DNA of 61,658 nucleotides from the NCBI RefSeq assembly GCF_021028975.2, contig NC_059435.1, forward strand, positions 48,920,343 to 48,982,000. The letters run 5' to 3'. This DNA is from Sphaerodactylus townsendi (Eukaryota). Position numbers and translations under genes: made by a program. The notes beneath the pieces are model-generated. The model did not search any database. It was not told where the DNA came from and was given only the letters and a program-made list of their open reading frames with translations. Positions within the stretch are counted from its first letter, which is position 1. Each line of letters starts with the position of its first letter. Positions 37,565-49,551 of this stretch are shown one piece after another.

Positions 37565-38160
37565 GTAAGTAATATTTTAACAGATTCCACAACAGTTGAG
37601 TAAACCTGGTATGTTTAAGTTCATTTCCTAGAATTATAGGTTTTTGAGATTTGAAAGTTGTACTGCCTGCGACATTTCAAAGTGGATAGCTTAAACTTCA
37701 TATAGCTATACAGCACCAACATGATACAATTTTTAGAATGTCAGATTAGGATCTTGAACACCCAGATTTGAATCTCTGCTCAGTCATGGAAACTCATTGG
37801 GTGACCTTGGATCACTCACTGTTTCTGAGCCTTACCCACTTCACAAGGCTGAAGATAAAACAGAAAGGAGAAATGGCACTGAAAGCCACTTAGGGTCCAT
37901 AGTGTGAAGAAAAGTAGAGTATAACTAACTAACTAAATAAATAAAACACTGGGATACAGATATTGTATCCCTTTTTTAACAGTTATATTTCTTAATTTTT
38001 TCAAAGTCTGTTTAATAGTTATTAGCCATAATGACTAAATGGAATTAACATCTTCAAAGATAATAAGCCACTTAATGCCTGTTGTTGTGGCAATAACTGG
38101 AGAGGGAAATTACCTTCATGCTTGTGGGTCTGATCCAGCTGAGCCATTCCCAGCTGGATC

Positions 38161-38680
38161 AGGGAGCAGCAGTGATGTAGTGGGTAAGAGCAGGTGCACT
38201 CTGATCTGGAGGAACTGGGTTAAATCCCTGCTCTGCTGCTGGAGCTGTGGAGGCTTAGCTGGGGAATTCAGATTAGCCTGTGCACTCCAGCACATCCAGC
38301 TGGGTGATCTTGGGCTAGTCACAGTTCTTCTGAGTTCTCTCAGCCCCACCTACCTCACAGGATGTTTGTTGTGGGGGTGGAAGGGAAAGGAGCCCCTTTG
38401 AGTCTCCTTACAGGAGAGAAAGGGGGATATAAATCCAATTCTTCTTCTTCTTCTGGAGGAACTGGGTTAACACCTACCTCACTGTGAGGTAGGTTAACAC
38501 CTACCTCACAGGATGTTTGTTGTGGGGGTGGAAGGGAAAGGAGCCCCTTTGAGTCTCCTTACAGGAGAGAAAGGGGGATATAAATCCAATTCTTCTTCTT
38601 CTTCTTCTTCTTCTCCTCCTCCTCCTCCTCCTCCTCCTCCTCCTCCTCCTCCTCCTCCTCCTCCTCCTTCTTCTTCTTCT
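38161..38680 (+). mobile_element. Squam3-like SINE with duplicated 3' half and (TCT)n(CCT)n tail
   Basis: Full copy 38161-38452, rearranged junction, second identical 3' half ~38498-38600, microsatellite ~38591-38680. Confidence 0.88.
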
Positions 38681-41600
38681 GCAGATGGACTTTTTTGAGT
38701 ATGCAGACCTTGTAGATTAAGTTTACTGTAGATTTATATAAGTTTTAGATTGGGAAGTCACACTATCCTCAAATGCAATGGTTAGCCCAAGCAGAATAAT
38801 AACAGTAGCACTGGTATATAAAAATTGGGTCACACAAAAGATTGTACGCAGATATCACAAACAGAAACAGGACAATAGACAAACTTATTCTGGGTCAGTA
38901 AAATTGACTCAAATGAAAAGTCAAGAAATTGCCTCTAGAAGGGCAGTCTTAAGCTTTGGTGACTCTGGTGATTTATAAGAGAAAGGTAATGCCAGAGTTA
39001 GGAAGCCAAAAAGAAACCACCCCCCTTGGAACACAGATGTTATCCTTAAGAGGAGAGCTGTGTTTTGTCTTAGACTTCAGGGCTCAATATCTGACAAGTG
39101 TCAAGATAGTGAGAGTGGTTTATATAATCAGTTAGACACAAATCTTTCTGTGTGATCTTGTGCCATTAATTAAATCTCAGGGATATTTCTTGAAAGTTAT
39201 ACTATGGTATACGATGCTACATATTGCAAAGTCCTCATGTCCCCTGCATTTCAACCCCAGTTCTGTTCACCATATAGTCTGAGAGTTCCATGCTTAGAAC
39301 ATAAATCCCAGGCCCACACACAGCCTACTGGGACATGTACACTTCCTCAGTAAAGAAAACATCAGCTTCCTGGGGCTACTTCAAGTTTAAGACCCCTCTC
39401 CTTGCATACAAAAGTTCTGATCAGAATTGGGACCACGTGTGACTGGGAATGTATTAATTAATTATGGAACTCCCAGTGTTTGTCTGTTTGACAGGGCCAG
39501 AGGAGATGCTCTAGGCAATGCTGCAAACATTCTAGAATCCAGGGTAGCCAATTCTTTGTTTTGCAGGGCCAGATCCTAGAGTACCTCTCTCCCAAGTTCT
39601 CCTCCTCCCTGACAAGAGCAACAGAGATGGGGGAGTGAGATATGAGAGGGCAATTCAGTGATGAAGAAGAAAGGAACTGCAGTTGCACAGTCACCCCTTT
39701 CCCCAGAGGGTACACTCCACTCTATGACCATAGAATCATCTCCTCAGTGACCCCATCACCTGCTAGCACCAACCTCTCTGCTGAGTGAGCCACCTGCGGG
39801 TGAGAAGGTGGCAAGGTATATCAGAGCACTGGTCCCCAGGGAATGCACCATGGTCACAAGGCCACATACCCACCAGAGAGGGACTTGATGCCAGTGTCCT
39901 CCCCCCGTGACAAAATATGGGATGTTTGCACCAGAATGTACTCAGCACCTGGCAATCCCCCTTCACCCCCTTCATATGGTCCCCCTGTGCCGGGAGAGCC
40001 TGCATCCTCCTCCAAGCTGGTTCAAAAGTGTCATTATGCCATTTCAAAGCACAGAGCACCACACAGACAACATGCTCTGCCACCATGCTCCAGAAAGCAT
40101 GGTGGTGAGCAGTGACAAGATTGTCCCTGGTGATGGTGAGGGTTCACTGGGTACTGGGTTCACAAGGATTTCATGGTCCTGATCCCAGGTGCTTAGCTGC
40201 TCTCTGCATCTCAATAGTCCCATTCATCAAAGGTTGGGGTGTTCTGTGAGATGGTGGTGAAAGACTGAAGATCTCCAGCCAAACTTGCAGGCCCCTGGTC
40301 ATTTGGCAAGCAGTTTCCACGTTATGCTCATTGACTGGCCTGCCAGACATTGCATCTTGGCCACTGGATTCACACAGCATGCAAATATGGCTATTCACCA
40401 GGTCCATATGTTATCCAAAATGGTGGGAGTCTGTCTGCGGAATTAGCGAGGTCAGTCAGGCTCAAGATCTTTGTTGCCTATGTATACCAAGGTCAGCTTT
40501 TGCAAGAAATCCAAAGGAGAACAATTTTTTAAAAATTTATTTACATACGCACTCAATAATCAAAGCATCAGAACACACACCCAGTCCTAGGATACAAGCA
40601 GTTTTGGGAGGATAAATTTGGAATAGATAAAGGGAATTTGGGGAGCAAGGGTTACAGTCAGCTGATCTTGGAGCAGAAAGGTCATTTAAGAAATTAACAT
40701 AACCATGTCTATTAACGTTAACATAGACATAATCATAAACATTAACATAAAAAGATAATCTTATGAAAGGAATAGCAGGGAAAGTTTGGCCATTTGCTGT
40801 CTAGTAAAAAAAGAGAAGAAAAACAGGATATGACTGAGTCAAAAGGCCAGAAATATTTGAGATTGTAGAAGACTAAAGAGTTCCTAAGGGAATCCAATAA
40901 GTGAAGATTATATATACAGGCAGACATGTCAAGAGTTGGAAACAAGTCTTCAGTAGACCAGGAAAATTTGAAGAGGAGAAATTTTATGAAAATAATAGGT
41001 GAAAAGAGACAATAAAAATAATGCAGGATTTGGGAATCCTTGTTAACAGTTAATGTTCCTGACTTCATGTTTGTTTTCATTTATTTGCTAAATTTGTATA
41101 CTTCTTTCCAAATCCATTTTTCAAAGCTGTTTACAAATTATTACAAGTCATAATCAGTGAAAAGTAACATTAAACTCAAACATCAGCACTAAAAGCAGTA
41201 CTCAAACATAGCTTTCCTTCTGAAATGCCTGGTGGAACAAGACTGTTTGTGTAAGTTCCAAACCAGTAGCAGGCAATGGTGTCAAAGGATGGTACCTCTT
41301 GAGGGGTTAGTTTGACATTTAACATCTCTCTGTCTAATTAGGTTGTGTTTACTTTTCCTTGATCATTTAGTTTACACTCAGATCTATGTGGCTGTATCAT
41401 TGCAGCCTGCTGGGGTGAAATAATGTCAGTCTCGCTGTACAAACAATAGTAACTACAGCATGAGTTTTTGTAGCAGTAAAATTATTAACAGTGTATGTGT
41501 CCACAATAGTATAAGAGGGCCCAAAATTTTTTCCCTACATACACAGAAAATATTAGAAGTGGCATGGCAGAGGAATTGTCACTTGTGTACTGAGCCCTCA

Positions 41601-41759
41601 TCCAGCAAACAGGTTTGACAGGCTTTAAAAATGTTTCAGAAACCTGCAAACCTTATTTGACCAGATGTGAGAATGGGACAGAAGCAATGTCTATGTACAC
41701 ATTGTGTCTGCAATATAGTACTTCCACTATACCCCATGAAACTGCTGTTTGTTCTAGCT

Positions 41760-41971
41760 AGGGTTGCCAACTCCAGGTTGGGAAATTCTTAAGAGATTTG
41801 AGAACAGACTCTGAGGAGGACAGAGTTAGGGGACAGACCTCAGCAGGGTATAATGCCATAGAGTTCACTCTCTAAATCAGCCATTTTCTTCAAGGGAACT
41901 GATTTCTGTAGTGCGGAGATCAGCAGTAATTCAGGGAAATCTGCAAGTCCCACCTGTATGTTGGCAACCCT
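41760..41971 (+). mobile_element. Non-autonomous DNA element with AGGGTTGCCA TIR; related copies ~33180-33372 (-), ~53015-53571, partial ~15500-15600 and ~32600-32692
   Basis: agggttgccaac ... gttggcaaccct termini and shared internal ccattttct...ggaactgat...ggagatca motif. Confidence 0.75.
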
Positions 41972-42054
41972 AGTTCCAGCCTGTATCCCATTTAAAAGAC
42001 TGTTGCATGAAATGGCACGTGAAGTTAACATATTTTATGTCTTCTCTTTTCCAG

Positions 42055-42075
42055 GAAACTTTGTTTAACGAGAAG
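42055..42075 (+). CDS. COL28A1: COL28A1 21-nt microexon
   Basis: ttttccag|ETLFNEK|gtaagt; corresponds to recalled human DILFEKK exon. Confidence 0.85.
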
Positions 42076-44767
42076 GTAAGTTTAATAGGTTTTGACTGTG
42101 CATTCCATTGTTACATGATTTGGTAGGTTTCTCACGTAGTATTTTTCTGTACAAAAATAAGTCACATGTAGGAAAAAGCATACTCCCATTTGCCAAATCA
42201 TACAACTTTTCACATATAATTGTAAACAGTTGCTGAGCAAGCATGGAAGTCTTTCTTGGAAAATCCAGAAAGCTAAACATTTAATGGACAATGGTGTTCC
42301 CTTTGGAGGCAGATGGCTGTTTAAAGGCCGCATTGCATGTTATTTTGGAGATTTTTAATAAGATTTTTTGATGGAATTTTGACTTTGAAAAACAACTGTG
42401 GTCATAGCACAAAGCAGAGTCAAAGGTCTGAATTGATGGCGGATTAATTCAAAACTGAGCTTGTATCTTTCTGTGAGACAGGGTATAGTGGAAAGTGGAT
42501 GGTCCAGGCCAGTCCAATCTCGTCAGATCTCAGAAGTAAAGGCAATGGCAAACCATCTCAGAGCATCTGAAAACCTCAGAGCCTTGAAAACCCCATATGG
42601 AGTTGGCATAAATTGGCTTGACACCACTTTATATACGCACACACATAGCACTGGGTAGGTAAAGGCTAATGTTTTCCTCTCCCCTTTCTGGTCTCCAGTT
42701 AGCAATAGGAAGAAGACAGGCACGCTGTCTTTGCCCGTCTTCTTTCCCTACCAGGGTTAATGACAGACCTGGAAAGTGGTTTTGATCAAGAAAATAGTAT
42801 GGGAGGAAAAATGAACCCTCTCGAATTTTATTCAGACCAACTGTATTCTACTTTGATACCTCAGGTTCAAAGCGACTACATGCAAAACCAAGTGCTCGGA
42901 TACAAAGGAAAGAATGTAATGAACAATTTTTAAAGACAGGAATTCAGAGATGAGCCAGTACATTGAATCCAAAAGCATAGATTGCAGATTTAAAAGTGCA
43001 TATAATAAAAAATTCACATTAACAAAATCACACAAAATTAAAAACAGTTTTTTTTAAAAAATCCTTGACATTAAAGACACGTATGATCAAGGACACATAA
43101 AATTAAAAGGTGCCGGGTGCTGTACCTCCCCAATCTGAAATTATTTCCCTTGCAGCTGCTTTGTAGGATCAAAAGAACACATGGAACGGTCTGATTATAG
43201 ATGTCTACTGTGTTGTATTGTTTGGCCCTAAGCCTGGAATCACAATCACGGCAGATAAATGAGTGGGCCATGCAGCCTGACCAGGGTGAAACGTTTTAAG
43301 TAGTAAAAGACTCACAAGGAGTGGCAGTGGAGCTGAAAGGAAGAAGGGAGCAGGAAAGCTTCTCATTGTGAAGTTGATCACTTGGGACTAAAAATCTACA
43401 AGGGGAAGCATTTCTATTTAAGAAATGAAGAGTAACCTTCACACAAGGCATATGTTTTGCTTTTGTGTGCATTTTGTTGTGTGCGTTTCAGTTAGGAACA
43501 AACTAGCTGTTGGCTGAAGTGCCTTGTGTCAGAAACGTATATAGTGTTTGGGAAGCCTGCAATTTCCTATAAACTGTGGACAAAGGTTAATTTATAGTAC
43601 AGCATGGATAAGCAGGAAGGGTTATATGCTGAACTCTTCCCCATCTATTCTCTTCCAAAACTTCTCCCTAGTTTTTTATCTCCTGGGGAAGATCTGAGAG
43701 TGGGTATCGCACTGACCTTGGTAGCTATTCACAAGCAGAAAGACTTGCTGCTGCTACTGAATATCATTGAAGCCCAGCATTTTGTGCTAAGGTATCAGGT
43801 GGACCCCAGGACTCTCAAAGATACAGGTTACCATTGGCATCTATACCTTGTCTCACACAAAAATAGAACCATTTATTCTGCTTCTTGCAGATGCTGTTGC
43901 GCAGAAGCCTTGATCTGCTTTAGAAAACTTTATTCATTTCTCATTTTTAATATATTGAATTACTGTAACTTGCTTTGAGTTCTAGATGTCACTAGCATGG
44001 ATAATATATGTTAATGATGATTTAAATAGTGATTTGTTTGTGGAGGTTTGTTTCTCTGTTGATCTCTATCAGTCTTGTGTGGTAACTAAACGTGCAATTT
44101 GAAGAATACTTTAGGATGCTTCCTATATTTCTGAAAGCAGATATATGGCTTCCAGTGCCCTGCGCCCTGCCCAGAAGCCACCTGGCTACCTCAGTCTGGG
44201 GATGAGCAGCTGTGGCGGCTTCTTGCAGGGCTGACTGGGACAAAGCTCTGACCATGACTTCCCTTTGTGCAAAGGCAGCGGGCTCTCCATCCCTTGTCCT
44301 CCCTATCTCCTTTCCCCATTGTTTTAATTAGACTGGGGCCAAGATTTTCTCCTCTACTGAAAAAGAACACCACTCTCACCTTCAGTCCAGCCATATCCCT
44401 CACCCCCTCACCCAAAATTCACTCTTCCATGGATTTCTTTTGTTAATTGCCAGCCGGAGGAGGAGGGGATCTCTGTCTCCTTGGCTTATTGCGCCTGGTG
44501 GGGCAGTGGGCAGCTTGGGCTTGGGGGGGGCCTTTGGAGGGCTGGTGTCAGGCACTAGGACCCAAGTAAAGTCAATGAAGGTGTAGGAAGTGATGGCGGA
44601 TTAATTCAAAACTGAGCTTGCATCTTTCTGTGAGACAGGGTATAGTGGAAAGTAAGCTCTAGTGAATTCACTGCTGGGGTTGGTTGTAAAAGTGTTGATT
44701 GACAACTGTGTCCCTCATTTTGAGATATGAAACGCTGTTGCTGATGTTTTTTGTTAATGAACAAAAG

Positions 44768-44842
44768 TGCTGTGAGCCTGATCGCTGCGAACAAAAGCGC
44801 TGTGAATGCCAAAAGGGAGAGCAAGGACCTCCAGGACCTCCC
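44768..44842 (+). CDS. COL28A1: COL28A1 exon with CxC motif and start of triple helix (acceptor uncertain)
   Basis: aag|CCEPDRCEQKRCECQKGEQGPPGPP|gtaagt. Confidence 0.8.
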
Positions 44843-45345
44843 GTAAGTACATTTTTGTTTGTCCCCTGGGCTCATATCTCATGAGGTCAAACTGTCTCTG
44901 TTTCCTGTAGTCAAGCATAAAGTGGAATATAATGATTACTGAAAAAAATTGCAACGTATGTCAGAAGGGGAGGAATGGTTCATAATGTGCTCGGGAAAAA
45001 AGACGCAGCAGCATTGGGTTGAAGCTATAGAAAGGCCGAGTTAAACTTCTGTCTGTACTCCCCACCCGCACTCCCAACCTGGATGGCCCAGGCTCATCAG
45101 ATATCAGAAGCAAGGCAGAGTTGGCCCAGGCTAGTATTTGGATAGGAAACTAACAAGTAATGTCAGGGTTGCTATGTAGAGGAAGGCAAACCACCTCTGA
45201 TGCATTGAAAACCTTACAGGGTTGCCATAAGTTGGCTGTGACCTGATGGCATGTTCCATACACACTGTACTTACACTCCACTGAAGTCATCTTTGGACAT
45301 CTTTCCTGTGTCCCCCACATTCTGAAACTAGTTCAGTATGTCAAA

Positions 45346-46210
45346 GGGTGATTTCGCACTTGAGAATTGACATAGGGTCGACTCATCAGGCAGAAAGAGT
45401 CGACCTATGTCAATCCCCTCATAACTTCCCACAGCAGTCGAGGTTGTCCTGCCGGAGCTGAGTTTTCAGAGGGCGGGATCACCTCGGCGTGTCATTCACT
45501 CGTCGTGCCTGATTGGCTGCTGCGTTCGGGCGGGAATGCAAACGTGCGTCCCTTTTTTTCAATTTTTTTTACGTTACAGCTACGTAGCGTTGACGTCGCA
45601 ACGCAATGTGCGTAAGAAGGCGCAATTTGTGTATATTCTTATGCTTGTAGCTTTCATTTCCATTTCGCGCTGGAAACGCATCTTTTGACCCTCTTGTCAG
45701 AACTGTCTGTTATGGATCCTGAGGTGGAGCAACTGCTGGCCATGACTCAACTGTGCTCAGCTGTCAGCAGTCAGATCAAAATGGCAACCTCCCCTCCAAA
45801 ATGACAAATGTTTATAACATGCCACCCGAAAGGAGGGAGGGATGAGGTGCGATGAAGGAAAAATGTTGACTGGCGTGCAATCTGCCCTTTGTTACTGCAC
45901 ATGGTCGTCAGTGTTATACGGAAGTGGGGGGAAAGGTGCGCTTTTTGCCGGCGCAAGTCTTCCATTCTGCGCAAGCCCAAAACATTCGTCTGTGATTGGC
46001 TGAACGGGCGAATCGACCCGATGAAGATTCCCAACTCCGCTTGAGTTCAACTTAGCTTTGCCGGTTACCCCACCTCGGAGGTGGAGTTGAAAATTTAATG
46101 GCAGAACAGAGCAGAGCAGGATGAACCCACGTTGGATTCACCGGATGTGGGGAGCACTTGGGTTGAACATAGGTCGAACTTGAGTTCACACAGTGAGTGT
46201 GAAATCGCCC
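45346..46210. mobile_element. Non-autonomous Harbinger-like DNA transposon (865 bp, CpG-rich)
   Basis: TIR gggtgatttcgcact / agtgtgaaatcgccc; AAA on both flanks. Confidence 0.8.
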
Positions 46211-46363
46211 AAAAAGAGTTATCTGGATACTCCAAAACATGTGAATTTGAGTGTCAAAGGGAGAAAGGGGGGAATTTCATGTCATCAAAATACTTTTAAA
46301 AAAGATAATACATTCATACAGTTAATAATATTTCTCTGTCTTTGTTTTTGTTTTTTGCCCAAG

Positions 46364-46414
46364 GGATATACTGAACGAGGGCAGAAGGGTGAACGAGGAT
46401 CTAAAGGAGAAAAG
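46364..46414 (+). CDS. COL28A1: COL28A1 collagen exon (51 nt)
   Basis: aag|GYTERGQKGERGSKGEK|gtaaat. Confidence 0.88.
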
Positions 46415-47045
46415 GTAAATGAGCAGAGGGATTTGCCCCTTTAAATAACAGGGGATTTTAAAATGTTCTAGAACAAGTTGAGACCTATAAAAAATTGACA
46501 GGGTTTTTTTTTGGTGTATGTGGGGGATGGATAGAACTGCTGATCAATTGACTGAATGGACAACCTGCAGCTCCTGAACTGATTACTTGTGGGAGTCAGG
46601 CTGTCCTAGAGATTTCTCATCCTTTTTGATAAATGCAGTGCCAAATCTAAATTCCTAAGAAAGTGTCTAAGCTCTACAGAAGGCCTAGACTGGCTTTGGA
46701 TCTTACTTTAAGGTGCTGGAGTCAATATTCCACACCCCTCTTCAGTCCTCTACGCTGTCCAAAAAATGCTCATGGTTATTTCTGATGTGCTCTCTATTTT
46801 TGCTCTCTTATCACGCTTCTCTCCCCATGACCTGTGCAATCCTCCCTTCAGCCATTTGTAAGCTCCTCTTCCCTCAAATGACTCCCCCCTTACTATCCCA
46901 GGAGTTGCTTTCCAGGACACCTGCATGATCCCCCGTTTCTTGTTTTCTCCAAATCCATGTCCTTCCCCACCGAGACTGTTTAGTATATGTGACTGAAGTG
47001 AACACATGTTGACCCCCACTTCCACTTCCCTTCTCTCCTTTGGTT

Positions 47046-47240
47046 GGAGGAGCTGTGGCCCAATGAGAGAGACTGCTTTGTGTGCAGAAGGTCCCAGGTT
47101 CAGTACCTGGTATCTCTAGTTTAAAAGATGAGGCAGTGAGTGTTGTGAAAGACCCTGGAGAGCAGATGTCAACCTGAGTAGACAATACTGATATTGATAG
47201 ACCAGTGGTCTGATTCTGTATAAGACAACTTCCTGTGTGT
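47046..47240 (+). mobile_element. tRNA-derived SINE with CR1-like tail; fragment also at ~24005-24128 (-)
   Basis: ctgtggcccaatg...gcagaaggtcccaggttcagtacctgg head; gatagaccagtggtctgattctgtataagacaacttc tail. Confidence 0.65.
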
Positions 47241-47433
47241 GTGTTGTCTGTATAATGTCAGACCCTATCTTGTAAGCTTCTTATGCTCTGTAAAGAGCCA
47301 GTCACATTGATGGCACTACATAAACAATATCACCGTCAAAGTTGGACTTTGTACAAGGATAAATGTATTAGCAAAATAATCATGTACTTGTAACATAAAT
47401 GCAAATTCTCATTGGTTTATTCCTCCTTTCTAG

Positions 47434-47475
47434 GGCGAGGCTGTAAAAGGAGACCCTGGAGAAAAAGGTTCTGAG
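47434..47475 (+). CDS. COL28A1: COL28A1 collagen exon (42 nt)
   Basis: ttctag|GEAVKGDPGEKGSE|gtgcaa. Confidence 0.88.
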
Positions 47476-48275
47476 GTGCAAAGAAAATGAAAGTTGTTGA
47501 CTACCTATGTATTTTTGGTTTCTCCCCAAAGATATTCAATGTTTGTCCTTTTGGACAACCCATCTATTAATGTCACAGGCTCCTGAGCACTTAGGTCTCC
47601 AGCCAGGCTTTGCAGTCAGGAATATGACGACCCTTTGTACTGCCATTACTTTGATTTCATAGATTAATAGTACTCATTTGCCTTTCTCGAAGATGACCAG
47701 AAGACCTTCAAACTAGCATTGTGAAGGCAACAACCAACTTTTGTTAAATCAAACAGTCTTTGGCTTCTGGAAGCCTTGAAATGACATTTAATAATTATGT
47801 GGTTGAGCACCTTTGGGCAGGTGACATCTGTGCTGTTATATATACTATGGAAATATAGGGCACTTGTTCACTGGGTGCAAGATGGGTTTATTTCCATTGA
47901 TTTCAAATGGTCTATCCAGGAATAGGTATGTGCACATGCCCATGATTTTCCCAGCCTTCTTTCTTGGATGATTGAACTCTAATGTAAGCCCTTTCCCTTC
48001 CCTGTGCATTTCAATTGATGGAGCCAATTTAGGTCTTTATGTCTTTGCTTATGATTGGCTCCCTCCCTTGGTGCTCAGTTCAGATCAACACAGAAGATTG
48101 TCTATTGTTTGAACATAATTTATTTTGTAAGGTTTTATATTTTAACCTCAGTTTGTTTCTTCTATTATTGCCTATCCTACTTCAATTAAAGAGTCCGGAT
48201 TATTGTTTATGTTCACATTAAACTAGACATAATCAAATAACTTTATTGTTATTTTTACCATTATCTTGCAAACAG

Positions 48276-48302
48276 GGAAGTCATGGATTAATAGGAGAAA
48301 AG
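48276..48302 (+). CDS. COL28A1: COL28A1 collagen exon (27 nt)
   Basis: aacag|GSHGLIGEK|gtaaga. Confidence 0.85.
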
Positions 48303-48530
48303 GTAAGATTGTTTATAAGTAATTTATTGATAACCACACTAGGCAATGTATTACACATCATAATTAGAAGATTACATTAAAATTATTAGGTATATATTAA
48401 AATTATTAGATATATCTTGCAGAGTTACAGTAGAATGGGAATGGGATAAATGTAGCAAAGGATAAGTTCAATGGTCTTCATTACCATCAGCTTCTGTACT
48501 GTGGAAGTAGCATAGCTTCTATGTCACAAT

Positions 48531-49551
48531 GGCTTTTTCCACACAGCACAATTATAACATCTTGAAGACGTTATAAAAAGCATTTTGGGGAAGAAGTTCA
48601 CATTGCTCTCTCCCCCAAAATGTCTTCAGGAGGTTTTATTTTTCTCAATTCGTGTTTTTTGAAAATCGCTAAACTAGCGATCCTTTTTCCTAAAGACTGG
48701 TTGAACAAAAGCAGGCAGGAAACACTTTATTTCTCCCTCTCCCCAGTTCTTTTACTTTCATTTTTGCTGCTCACACCTGCCATTTTGTGTGTTGCCTTTG
48801 CCATTTCATGAAGGTTTCCCACGAAGCTACGATGACAAAACATGAGAATCTGTAATATGCGCATTTGTGTCGTCGTAGCTTTGCAGACATCCCCCTCAAA
48901 AAAAAGGGAAAAATGACATGTCCGTAGGATTGCCAGTAAAATGAACTTTATTGATGTACTTCTTACAGTGAAATTGCACATGGATGAACTACAAGCAGAG
49001 GAACCTTCCATGGGAAACCTTCACAAAATGGTGGAGTCAGGAGAATCTCTGCAGCAGCACACAAAATGATGGGCACAACTATGAAACTGAAAATAGCGCC
49101 ATTGGGCAACAGGCAGGAAAAAAGAACCATTTTGGCTGGCAATGCTTGTGTTCTCTGTACAGAGCAAACACAAAAAGCCAAAATGGATCTTTTGTGCAGG
49201 AGCAGCAGTGGCGTAGGAGGTTAAGAGCTCGTATATCTAATCTGGAGGAACTGGGTTTGATTCTCCGCTCTGCCGCCTGAGCTGTGGAGGCTTATCTGGG
49301 GAACTAGATTAGCCTGTACACTCCCACACATGCCAGCTGGGTGACCTTGGGCTAGTCACAGCTTCTCGGAGCTCTCTCAACCCCACCTACCTCACAGGGT
49401 GTTTGTTGTGAGGGGGGAAGGGCAAGGAGATTGTAAGCCCCTTTGAGTCTCCTGCAGGAGAGAAAGGGGGGATATAAATCCAAACTCTTGTTCTTCTTCT
49501 TCTTTTAAAAATGTCTACAGGATGTTTTATTTCTGCTGTACAGCAAAGGCC
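48531..49551. mobile_element. Old Harbinger-like non-autonomous element (AAT TSD) containing a nested Squam3-like SINE
   Basis: Decayed ~40-bp TIR ggctttttccacacagcacaattataacatc / gatgttttatttctgctgtacagcaaaggcc; aat on both flanks. Confidence 0.6.
49198..49503 (+). mobile_element. Full-length Squam3-like tRNA SINE with (TTC)n tail; older related copies ~37711-37945 and ~51705-51960
   Basis: A box tggcgtaggagg, B box ggtttgattctcc, body ctgggtgaccttgggctagtcacag, tail ttcttcttct. Confidence 0.88.

Noticed and set aside
38513-38698. Poly-Ser/Pro ORF
   Set aside because: Translation of the SINE tail microsatellite
39843-40115. Pro/Gly-rich ORF (PPSYGPPVPGEP) as an extra collagen exon
   Set aside because: No sustained Gly-X-Y register or splice sites; flanking COL28A1 exons already join in frame
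42434-42496. 63-bp repeat as a C/D box snoRNA
   Set aside because: TGATGG is not a proper C box, CTGA is too close, and there is no terminal stem
43275-43296. ctgaccagggtgaaacg as a second hammerhead
   Set aside because: Lacks the CUGANGA box and supporting stems
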